Source: Candidatus Zhuqueibacterota bacterium (GTDB lineage: Bacteria > Zhuqueibacterota > Zhuqueibacteria > Residuimicrobiales > Krinioviventaceae). Taken from it: a DNA stretch of 64,000 nt. The notes beneath the pieces are model-generated. The model ran no database searches and was not told the DNA's origin. It saw nothing but the letters and a program-made list of their open reading frames with translations. The stretch lies in assembly GCA_016934825.1 (NCBI GenBank), contig JAFGSB010000158.1:195-64194 (forward strand), in the 5' to 3' direction. The position numbers and the translations under genes were made by a program. Numbering within the stretch: position 1 is the first letter of the stretch; every line of letters begins with the position of its first letter. Of this stretch, positions 30,001-37,817 are shown one piece after another.

Positions 30001-30248
30001 CTGCTGAAAACGGATTTACCCATATCCGGTATAAACTGACAAAAAATGTCAACCGGGTAGCGGTGCGAATTTATGATATTGCGGGAGACCTTGTTGAAGA
30101 GATAAATGGGACCGGAACATCAATCGGTGAAAATGAAATAAACTGGGATATTTCAAATATTCAAAGCGGGGCATATATTGCCCGCGTTGAAGCGCAAAGT
30201 GGAGATGAAACGGCTGTAGAATTTATAAAAATTGCGGTGGTTAAGTAA
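27069..30248 (+). CDS. Secreted protein: M6 (immune inhibitor A)-like domain lacking HExxH, FG-GAP repeats, T9SS type-A-like CTD
   Basis: IFHAG, GRWGLMDQG, EYFLIENRQ and GLLIWHID. Repeats of ADLxGDG/DxDG. C-terminal YPNP...IYDIAG...W...SGAY. Start uncertain (26937, 27069 or 27105). Confidence 0.78.
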   Translation: MEKYKLIYDDNRVYIKKFSPVLFLLSLILIVYQAHSATPLHVSFAGFTDPLGVIQNFSSESMSGASQQPDTLHFLALRAEFVKDELATTTGNGQFDMSVENNYLVDKPPHNRTYFQHQLLALSNYFNKVSNNKLILQSMVLPLDENNVYRLNENMVYYSGQESEELKKQRWAELLRDVVLLAKKQDKPDFSQYDAVIIFHAGVGSDFAFDFDPTPYDIQSVFLDFESLKETLGKDVPDYRGIEAGENIFIREGIILPEMQNQEEQILGLLGTMTLLVGSQLGMPSLFDTETGRAGIGRWGLMDQGSYNFQGLIPAEPCAWTKVYMGWEQPVIVTEGKDLKIGTSQTKSAPHIYKIPITAKEYFLIENRQRDRNRDGVTFGRNISGARAQFDTLGSVVMTEKDFGVITSIDEYDFGLPGSGLLIWHIDENVIDANLVSNTINNNREHRGVDLVECDGAQDIGYYYGLFEPGSGTESGSFFDPYWAGNISHKIVNEDADTVAFSPRTVPKSNANDGSVTHINIYDIGVRDSVMTFSVKIGMMQPGFPQYAGLDFHTASLKTIRYNGGNETGLVALAGNGQLFGWNSKGEALLAEQAPDSNTSKKLFDSIEDGFMLPPATADLTGDGTDEIIFAGQSGKLYVLQLSDNNSDGQADVLDSTDIGEIPTAGPLLFAQDNSIFIIVGTEAGHVKIFGYDTAGLLDVNQVAVQNGQITGLAGGTEEFPGIYAVTSNGYYVYLNSAFGIENSAALEGFDTPDVKIFAALADFDGSAGPEPVFYTEAGRLFGKTLTDQYISASEDDVTDIPYSAPAIGNVDSDGLPDIIFHFNEFLYGFTYRGINTLNFPVKVSDMGGLDLERPAPVFFNDDGEGAVIISATPDGQLLALNGKGRLLSGFPLTAGGGISVTPALADLDNDGDVECAAISQDGYLFVWDLPYSADLTESWSQYGADQHNSFLLPGDNTIKITEKELMPGKSVFCYPNPAENGFTHIRYKLTKNVNRVAVRIYDIAGDLVEEINGTGTSIGENEINWDISNIQSGAYIARVEAQSGDETAVEFIKIAVVK

Positions 30249-30255
30249 ATTGGTC

Positions 30256-33200
30256 ATGAAAAAAAGTCAATTTTTAGTCTATCATATATTATTTGTTCTG
30301 ATGTTTTGTTCAATAATACCAAATGTATTTACCCAGATACAGGAGTATACACATCCGGAACTGGAATGGTACACGATAGAAACCGGGCATTTCGAAGTGC
30401 ATTTTCACAAAGGCGCGGAAAGGACGGCAAAAGTTGTTGCCAGAATTGGGGAGGATATTTACAAACCGATAACCGATCTGTACGACTACCGGCCGGACGG
30501 TAAAATACATTTCATCATTAAAGATTTTGATGACAATTCCAACGGGGCCGCGTACTATTATGATAATAAAGTCGAGATCTGGGCGCCGCAAATGACGTTT
30601 ATTTTGAGGGGAACACATAACTGGCTGCGAAATGTCGTGACCCATGAATTCAGCCACATGATCTCGCTTGGCGCGTCGCGTAAAATAACCCGCAAAATTC
30701 CGTCATTTTATTTGCAGTTAATCAACTATGAAAAAGAAAAACGGCCGGATGTGCTGTACGGATACCCGAATCAGATCGTTTCATATCCTTTACCCATGAC
30801 CGTTATACCGATGTGGCTGGCGGAAGGAATGGCCCAGTACCAGATATCTGGACTGGATTATGACCGCTGGGACACGCACCGGGATATGCTGATCCGTACG
30901 GCCGTTGTTAATAATAAAATGCACAGTTTTGATGAAATGGGCGTATTCGGTAAGAACAGTCTCGGCAACGAAAGAACCTATAACGCCGGTTATGCCCTGA
31001 CCCGTTATATTACATATAACTGGGGCGAAGGATCATTGGCTAAAATTGCCCGGGAACTTAAAAAGCCCTTCCAGGTTTCGGTGAACGGCGCGATAAAAAA
31101 CGTGACCGGTCAGGATGCCAAAGATCTTTATGATAACTGGCGAAATAACCTGAAAGAATATTATGATACAAGATTGGTTACCATTAATGCGCATTCCGTA
31201 GAAGGCAGAATTATAACCCAAAAAGGACTGGGCAATATATCTCCGGAATGGTCACCGGACGGGAGTAAAATAGCATACTGCGGCAGTGAAACCGCCGATT
31301 ATCTGACTTTGACCTCATTAAAAGTTATTGATATGAAAACCGGCAGGGAAAAAACAATAAAGGGCGGCGTGAACGGTAAAGTGGCCTGGTCCCCGGACGG
31401 GAAAAAATTACTATACCCGCGCATGAGACGTGTTCAACATCATTCCCATTATTTCGACTTACATGTTTGCGACCTGGACCTGAAAAAAGAACAACGTTTG
31501 ACAAACGGTAAACGAACAGTTGATCCGGCATGGTCGCCCGACGGGAAATTTATTGTCTGTGTCATCCAGCATGACGGCACGGATAATCTTATCCTGCTGG
31601 ATGATCAGGGAAAGCAAGTCAGGGAACTGACCCGTTTCAGACAGGGGGAAGGTTTATATTCGCCCAATTTTTCCCCGGATGGCAAATCAGTCGTTTTTAC
31701 ACAGGCCCGTAATCATGGCCGCGATTTGAGGGTCATGGATCTGAAAACGGGACAGGTCAATTCTTTGGTCAGCGATACCGGAGACGCCCGGGACGCGGTC
31801 TACAGTCCGGATGGACAATTTATTTATTTTTCCTGGGACAAAACCGGGATCTTTAATATTTACCGCATGAAACCGGACGGTTCAGAAGTTGAACAAATTA
31901 CCAACGTGATCGGCGGCGCTTTTATGCCATCCGTTGATGCGAATGGTAAACTGTGTTTTTCGAATTTTAATTACGATGGGTATAAAATCGCGGTCATCGA
32001 CGGACCGCAAAAATTAAACCCGGAAAATACCGTCTATTTAGCCGCGGAAGACAAAGCCCCGGAACTGCAAAATAATATAAATCCGGATAAATTAAAAAAT
32101 GCACGTGCTTATGATGACAGAAACCTGCCGGACGTGGACGTTGATTCGTACAGTATGAACTATGGCCAGATGGCTTTTTTGCCGCGGATCATGCTGGATT
32201 CCAATAAAGTCAAGCTCGGCACCTATTTTTATGCCAGCGATATACTTGACAGGTATTCCGTACTCGGCGGCGCCGCAATGAATGCACGAACCGATCTTGA
32301 CGCGTTTGCGATTTTCGAATTCAGAAAATTCGGGCCGACCCTGTTTCTCGAATTATACGGATTCACCCGGAACGTGACCCGAAATATTGAGGTGATAGAG
32401 GATTATCCGAAAAAAGTTCCGGTCGATATTCATTTTAACATTCTGGAAGCCGATATCGGTTATCAAAATAATATAACGGATAACATACAGGTCAGATTGT
32501 CCTACAGTCATCAACGCTATACATCCAAAATAAAGGATTTTACATTTCAGGGACTAAAGTGGGTTTCCCCTAATAATACATATTTTATCGGTAATGCTTT
32601 TATGGCGCAATGGAACGTGGATCAGGTCGCGCCGGGAGTCAACTCGAACATCAATCCGAACCTGGGCCGGAGAGTGGAATTACGGTATAGTTATGAATTG
32701 AACAAATTCTTTGAGGATTTTGCCACAGATAATGATTACGGAACGCCGCAGGAAGTATATAGTCTTTATAAATATCATCGGGTGGAGATGGATTGGCGCG
32801 AATATCTTCCCATGCCGTGGTCGCGTAAGCATGCGCTGGCTTTGAATTTTCACGGCGGTTTTATCGACAGGCCGGTTGACAGTTTTTTTAATTTTTTCGC
32901 CGGCGGACTGCCGGGATTACGCGGTTATCCGTTCTACAGTATCGAAGGCCGGAAACTGCTGATCGGGCGATTTGCTTATCGTTTTCCGGTATTCAGTCAT
33001 ATTCAAAAGCGGTTTCTTAATTTTACAACCGATAAATTTTACGCCGGCGCTTTTTTCGATTACGGCAACGCATTTGATGAAGACAGGATCAACTTTTCAG
33101 AATTTAAAAAGAATGTGGGCTTCGATCTCAGGTTCACCGGTTTTTCATTTTACGGCTTCCCGACGGCGTTATCGATATCTTCGGCATACTCGCTGGACCG

Positions 33201-33276
33201 GTTTGAAAAAGAAGGTTTTACATACGGCAGGGAATGGCGCTATTATATCAGTTTATTATTTGAATTTATGGATTAA
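30256..33276 (+). CDS. Zinc metallopeptidase + PD40/TolB-like propeller + Omp85/BamA-like C-terminal barrel
   Basis: Signal peptide, THEFSH (HExxH) with WLAEG, repeated WSPDG/FSPDG, GGLPGLRGY (Omp85 lid-like motif) and FFDYGNAF. Confidence 0.8.
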   Translation: MKKSQFLVYHILFVLMFCSIIPNVFTQIQEYTHPELEWYTIETGHFEVHFHKGAERTAKVVARIGEDIYKPITDLYDYRPDGKIHFIIKDFDDNSNGAAYYYDNKVEIWAPQMTFILRGTHNWLRNVVTHEFSHMISLGASRKITRKIPSFYLQLINYEKEKRPDVLYGYPNQIVSYPLPMTVIPMWLAEGMAQYQISGLDYDRWDTHRDMLIRTAVVNNKMHSFDEMGVFGKNSLGNERTYNAGYALTRYITYNWGEGSLAKIARELKKPFQVSVNGAIKNVTGQDAKDLYDNWRNNLKEYYDTRLVTINAHSVEGRIITQKGLGNISPEWSPDGSKIAYCGSETADYLTLTSLKVIDMKTGREKTIKGGVNGKVAWSPDGKKLLYPRMRRVQHHSHYFDLHVCDLDLKKEQRLTNGKRTVDPAWSPDGKFIVCVIQHDGTDNLILLDDQGKQVRELTRFRQGEGLYSPNFSPDGKSVVFTQARNHGRDLRVMDLKTGQVNSLVSDTGDARDAVYSPDGQFIYFSWDKTGIFNIYRMKPDGSEVEQITNVIGGAFMPSVDANGKLCFSNFNYDGYKIAVIDGPQKLNPENTVYLAAEDKAPELQNNINPDKLKNARAYDDRNLPDVDVDSYSMNYGQMAFLPRIMLDSNKVKLGTYFYASDILDRYSVLGGAAMNARTDLDAFAIFEFRKFGPTLFLELYGFTRNVTRNIEVIEDYPKKVPVDIHFNILEADIGYQNNITDNIQVRLSYSHQRYTSKIKDFTFQGLKWVSPNNTYFIGNAFMAQWNVDQVAPGVNSNINPNLGRRVELRYSYELNKFFEDFATDNDYGTPQEVYSLYKYHRVEMDWREYLPMPWSRKHALALNFHGGFIDRPVDSFFNFFAGGLPGLRGYPFYSIEGRKLLIGRFAYRFPVFSHIQKRFLNFTTDKFYAGAFFDYGNAFDEDRINFSEFKKNVGFDLRFTGFSFYGFPTALSISSAYSLDRFEKEGFTYGREWRYYISLLFEFMD

Positions 33277-33307
33277 TTGTTTTGGGATTTTATAAGGAGA
33301 TTATTCC

Positions 33308-34117
33308 GTGAAAAAATTACTTGTTTTGATGTCGATTTTATTCTGGTCGAGCGGCAGTTTTGCCGGGGATATCGACTGGCAACAGTACATGCTTGAAACA
33401 ACCGCGCCCGTTTTTGCTTTACAGGATATCGATTCCGATAATATGGATAAAATAAACAGCCCCGTAAAACAAAAATCGCCTAAAAAAGCGCTGCTTTTTT
33501 CCGCAGTCGTTCCGGGCGCCGGGCAGGCTTACAGCGGCTCTTACTGGAAAGCGGCCGGATTTTTTACCCTGGAAGCTGCGGCCTGGACAATTTATGCGGT
33601 TTATACAAATAAAGGCAATCAAATCGAGGATGACTTTCAGACCTTTGCCGATGAACACTGGATCGAAAGCGATTACTGGGACTGGATAGCGCAGCATTCG
33701 GGCGTTGATCGGAACGACATGGACGCCCTGCGCGAATGGGAGCATAAAAATTTCAGCCACGGACTGCATGTCATTAAGGACCAGCAGTATTATGAAATGA
33801 TCGGTAAATACGATCAGTTCAATTACGGCTGGGATGATTCGGATATCGGTTTGCTTGACGATACCTGGAACAAGCAAAATCCGCAGCGGTCTAAAAGACG
33901 ATTGAATTATGAAGATCAGCGGGATGACAGCAACAGGGCGTTCAAAAAGGCAACAACCGGTACCACAATTGTTATGTTTAATCATATCCTCAGCGCCATT
34001 GAAGCGGCATGGGGAACATCCCGGCAGAATAAAAGAATACAAACCTCACTACGGTTTGAACCTTTGTATATGAATAATCAACAGTACTCGGCATTAACAT
34101 TACGATTAAACTGGTGA
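33308..34117 (+). CDS. Exported/membrane protein, DUF5683-like
   Basis: Signal peptide, KSPKKALLFSAVVPGAGQAY, NHILSAIEA and a terminal LRLNW. Confidence 0.65.
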   Translation: MKKLLVLMSILFWSSGSFAGDIDWQQYMLETTAPVFALQDIDSDNMDKINSPVKQKSPKKALLFSAVVPGAGQAYSGSYWKAAGFFTLEAAAWTIYAVYTNKGNQIEDDFQTFADEHWIESDYWDWIAQHSGVDRNDMDALREWEHKNFSHGLHVIKDQQYYEMIGKYDQFNYGWDDSDIGLLDDTWNKQNPQRSKRRLNYEDQRDDSNRAFKKATTGTTIVMFNHILSAIEAAWGTSRQNKRIQTSLRFEPLYMNNQQYSALTLRLNW

Positions 34118-34887
34118 AACAAATGATCCGTAATTTGTATATCTATTTTATTACTTTTGTCGCTTTTACTGCGGTTGTTTTCGCGGGGGAACAGGATTTA
34201 CAAAACAGATTGTTTTTGCAAAACAAGTCGCTGCTCACTGCGAAAAGTGCGGATAACAATCATTTTGCTCAGAACGACCGTATATTCGTACCACAGAGTA
34301 AATCATCTTTCGAAAAATCAAGGGGTAAGGCCTTTTTATATTCATTGATTTTACCGGGGCTTGGTGAAAAGTATGCCGGCGCAGACAAAAAAGCGCAGTT
34401 CTTTTTTGCATCCGAAATTACTTTGTGGATGGGATATGCCGGGTTTATAACCTACCGTGATTGGCGCAAAGAAGACTATAAAACCTATGCCGCGTCCTAT
34501 GCCGGGGTCGATCTTGAGGGCAAGTCCGATTCCTATTTTGTGGATATCGGCAATTACGACAGCATTTATGAATACAACGCAGCAAAGTTGCGGCAGCGTA
34601 ATCTGCCGGATTATTATCGTGATGTGGAGCAATATTACTGGAACTGGGACAACGATACGCACCGGCAAAAATTCGACCAGTTGCGGATTTCCGCGGACAA
34701 GGCGAACAACCGCGCGATTTTTGTGGTCGGCGCTATTCTTGCCAATCATGTTATCAGCGCGATTGACGCGGTCTGGTCCGTGTATAAATACGAGAATACG
34801 CGTGAAGCAACGATGGACTGGAATATACAATTAGGCGACGGCGTAATGAATCCAAATATTAATGTTAGTTTGACCGCCCGTTTTTAG
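34114..34887 (+). CDS. Exported/membrane protein, DUF5683-like paralog
   Basis: KSRGKAFLYSLILPGLGEKY, NHVISAIDA and a terminal ARF. GTGA overlap with the previous gene. Confidence 0.65.
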   Translation: MKQMIRNLYIYFITFVAFTAVVFAGEQDLQNRLFLQNKSLLTAKSADNNHFAQNDRIFVPQSKSSFEKSRGKAFLYSLILPGLGEKYAGADKKAQFFFASEITLWMGYAGFITYRDWRKEDYKTYAASYAGVDLEGKSDSYFVDIGNYDSIYEYNAAKLRQRNLPDYYRDVEQYYWNWDNDTHRQKFDQLRISADKANNRAIFVVGAILANHVISAIDAVWSVYKYENTREATMDWNIQLGDGVMNPNINVSLTARF

Positions 34888-34913
34888 TTTCAACCTGCCT
34901 GTTTTAGAATTAT

Positions 34914-35723
34914 GTGAATATGACGACCCAGGTCATAATTGTTATCGTTTTTACTTTTATCATTCATTTGATAAACACGTTATCGTATTCCGTACGGCTT
35001 GTGGGGATCAAAACCGGCAGACTTGCCGTTTCTTTCGCTCTCTTTAATATTCTGGTCCTGATTTCCAGGACTTCCAATTCACTGCAGGCCCCTTTACTGG
35101 CAAAAAAGATCGAACAGGACCTGTTATCGGGTGGTGTTTATAATACCGCGACGGTTTTTCACTGGATTATACTGGCCGCGAGCGCCGGGACTCTTGTCGG
35201 GGCTTTTTTGATCCCGTCTTTTCAGGGAATATTTGAAAAAATGGTGTTGCGTTTCAATGTTGAGCGGTCCGTATCGAAACTGATATTGCACGGCTTTACC
35301 AAAAGCGGGGTGAAGCAGATCAGGGATCAGTTCAAGATCCCTTCCAGACAGAATATTAAACATTTGAAAAATCTGACTACAATTCCTAAAAAACTGGTAC
35401 TGTTAAATGTTTTGGTGGTATCCATATTAACTGTCGGTTCCCTGGCGTCATTATATGCGGGATATCTGAATCCGGAGCTGCGGGGTACCGCGATCAGTTT
35501 ATCGGCGGTGATTACCGGAACCGCGACAGTATTAATGGTCATCTTTATCGATCCGTTTTTTTCATTACTGACCGATGATGTTCTTGAGGGGAAACAAACC
35601 CAGATCTATTTCACCCGCTGTGTCGTTTTAATGGTAACCAGCCGGTTTGTCGGTACGCTGCTGGCGCAGTTATTATTGTATCCGGCGGCCGCGGCTATCG
35701 TATTCGTTGCCGGGGTTCTTTGA
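34914..35723 (+). CDS. amj: Amj family lipid II flippase (DUF2837)
   Basis: IHLINTLSYSVR, FNILVLISRTSN..QAP, TVGSLASLYAG, IDP and SRFVGTLLAQ match the Amj pattern. Confidence 0.82.
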   Translation: MNMTTQVIIVIVFTFIIHLINTLSYSVRLVGIKTGRLAVSFALFNILVLISRTSNSLQAPLLAKKIEQDLLSGGVYNTATVFHWIILAASAGTLVGAFLIPSFQGIFEKMVLRFNVERSVSKLILHGFTKSGVKQIRDQFKIPSRQNIKHLKNLTTIPKKLVLLNVLVVSILTVGSLASLYAGYLNPELRGTAISLSAVITGTATVLMVIFIDPFFSLLTDDVLEGKQTQIYFTRCVVLMVTSRFVGTLLAQLLLYPAAAAIVFVAGVL

Positions 35724-35773
35724 GTTTTACCGTCACCGTTATATTTAATATCGTTAATATTTATGCTATGATA

Positions 35774-35911
35774 GCACGGGATTTCCTAATCCCGTGCGCA
35801 AAGGTCAGGCCGGGATTCAATCCCGGAAAAAATTATGAATAAAAATGGTATTGAAAATCCCTGTCAATTCCCGGTCCAGGGATATGCATCCCTGAACGAG
35901 CCGGGATTTTT
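35774..35911. repeat. Cluster of REP-like GGGAT...ATCCC palindromes between convergent genes
   Basis: GCACGGGATT-tcct-AATCCCGTGC (35774-97), CCGGGATT-c-AATCCCGG (35810-26) and CAGGGAT-atgc-ATCCCTG (35877-94), the last inside TCCCGG/CCGGGA. Confidence 0.65.
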
Positions 35912-35954
35912 GTTTTAAAGGAGATAATCCGGAAAGACCAAAGAAGGCTTTTAT

Positions 35955-36749
35955 TTATCGTAATTCGTATCTGAAAGTGACAATTCCCTGGACATTTTTT
36001 TGCCGGACGGTCGGAGACAGGGGATTGAACCGCCATTGCCGCAGCGCTTTCATGGTGATTTCCTCGAGAACCGGGTCGCCCTTTTGAACCGGCACCATGG
36101 GTCCCATACTCCCGTCCGGTAAAACCGTAATACGAATTTTAACAACGGCTTCTTTTTGCATATCGGGCGGGTATGGCGGTATGATCTGTTTGAGGATTTT
36201 TCGTTCCGCGGCTTCGCCTTCTATAGTAAAGGTTTGGTCCTGGTTACCCGGGATCTCTCCGTTTTGTACGAAAGGTGAAGGCTTATCCTCTGTTGTGGTC
36301 TGCCCGGGCGTGACAAAAGTTTTTTTATCGCTTTCGGCGTTCGCTTCATCCAGCGGGATTTTTCTGTTATACAGATCGCTGCCGGCGTCAATCTTTTGGG
36401 TTGTTTGTCCTGCTTCGATTTTGTTCAGGTCGCGGTTCATTATTTCGGTCTCTTCGTCGTCCAGCGAACGCATTTTCGGCAGGTTTAGCGGTTCCGGGGG
36501 TTGTGTTGAGCTTATCACGTTGTTGTTTTGGTATTGATCCGTTTCATCCTGTTGTTGTTCCGACGGTTCCGCTATCGTCATGGGCATATCATTTGAGGAA
36601 GAGGCCACAAATGACATTTCAGCAAATTCCACGGACGGAATGTCAAGTTCGGTATGAATAAAATAAAAAATGAGTATGATAAATAAATGCAGCACAACTG
36701 AAGATGCCACGGCTATTTTCATATTTATGGATTGTAACGGATTTTCCAT
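35955..36749 (-). CDS. tonB: TonB family energy transducer
   Basis: N-terminal TM SVVLHL (conserved S/H), low-complexity linker, and a C-terminal PPYP...VKIRITVLPDG...QWRFNP domain. Confidence 0.88.
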   Translation of the reverse strand: MENPLQSINMKIAVASSVVLHLFIILIFYFIHTELDIPSVEFAEMSFVASSSNDMPMTIAEPSEQQQDETDQYQNNNVISSTQPPEPLNLPKMRSLDDEETEIMNRDLNKIEAGQTTQKIDAGSDLYNRKIPLDEANAESDKKTFVTPGQTTTEDKPSPFVQNGEIPGNQDQTFTIEGEAAERKILKQIIPPYPPDMQKEAVVKIRITVLPDGSMGPMVPVQKGDPVLEEITMKALRQWRFNPLSPTVRQKNVQGIVTFRYELR

Positions 36750-36759
36750 GATATAACCT

Positions 36760-37161
36760 TTATAATCCGGGTTCTGTCGCGATCATAAACCGTTCGGCGC
36801 CGGCAAGTTTGGCCGTATCCACAATTCGTATGGTTTTTTCCAGTGACAGGTCTTTGTCCGCCTGAATGACGACCAGTTTGGACGGATCATCTTTTAACAA
36901 CTGCTGGAGGAGAGTTCCCAATTGTGAGTGCGAGGTTTTTTTCTGGTTGATAAATATTTGATCTTCCAGGGTCACGGTGATGTAGATTTTATTTGTGTCG
37001 TCCTGCTGACCGCTCGCCGCTTTCGGTAATTTGACCTTAATGCCGGGTTGAACGACAAATGAAGACGTCAATAAAAAGAATATTAACAATAGTAATACAA
37101 TATCGGTAAGAGATATGGTCGAAAACAGGACCATTCTTTTACGCGTCGTTTCAATTTTCAT
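36760..37161 (-). CDS. exbD: ExbD/TolR family protein
   Basis: SLTDIVLLLLIFF (TM Asp), VKLPKA and VIQADK. Confidence 0.92.
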   Translation of the reverse strand: MKIETTRKRMVLFSTISLTDIVLLLLIFFLLTSSFVVQPGIKVKLPKAASGQQDDTNKIYITVTLEDQIFINQKKTSHSQLGTLLQQLLKDDPSKLVVIQADKDLSLEKTIRIVDTAKLAGAERFMIATEPGL

Positions 37162-37780
37162 TGTCTGTCTCCCTGTCCAGGAATACATCCATCAGTTCGT
37201 TGGAACTTTCCTGCATCTCAAAGACGTGACGCTCTACTTTCGAGAGCAGCCAGTTGTAAAAGATCAGCGCCGGAATACCCACGCTTAAACCCGCGGCCGT
37301 TGTGATCAGGGCCTCCCAGATTCCGCCCGCCAGTACGCTGGCATCGACATTCCCTTCAAGCGCCTGGACCTTCATAAAAGCTTTGATCATACCGGTTACT
37401 GTTCCCAGAAATCCGATCAGCGGGGCGATGGCGGCAATCGTCCCCAGCACGCCGAGGTAACGTTCCAAATGGTAAACTTCGGTTTTTGCCGCTCCCTCTA
37501 TGGCGTCTTTAACTTCTTCCCGGGGCCGGTCATGTTTCATCAAACCCGCCCGGGTTATTCCTGATATAGGCCCGGGTGTTTCTTTGCATAACGTTAACGC
37601 CTCTCTTATCCTCTTCCTGAGTAATAAATTTTTTACCTGTAATATAAACGTCCGGGCATTGATCCTGATTTTACGCAGGGATATCAGGCGTTCGATTAAA
37701 ATGGCCAATGCGATGATTGAACAGAGTGCCAGGGGGATCATCATAACACCGCCTTTGACTATGATTTGGATCATGGACAT
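37151..37780 (-). CDS. exbB: MotA/TolQ/ExbB proton channel protein
   Basis: GGVMMIPL, APLIGFLGTVTGMI and GIWEALITTAAGL. Confidence 0.93.
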   Translation of the reverse strand: MSMIQIIVKGGVMMIPLALCSIIALAILIERLISLRKIRINARTFILQVKNLLLRKRIREALTLCKETPGPISGITRAGLMKHDRPREEVKDAIEGAAKTEVYHLERYLGVLGTIAAIAPLIGFLGTVTGMIKAFMKVQALEGNVDASVLAGGIWEALITTAAGLSVGIPALIFYNWLLSKVERHVFEMQESSNELMDVFLDRETDNEN

Positions 37781-37817
37781 GCGAAATCTCCTGTTATAAT
37801 AAAAGTAATCTCCGGTT

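Noticed and set aside
35774-35830. c-di-GMP-I riboswitch (GCGCAAAG resembles the aptamer junction)
   Set aside because: No GGCAAA or GNRA-loop P2, and it lies between convergent 3' ends.
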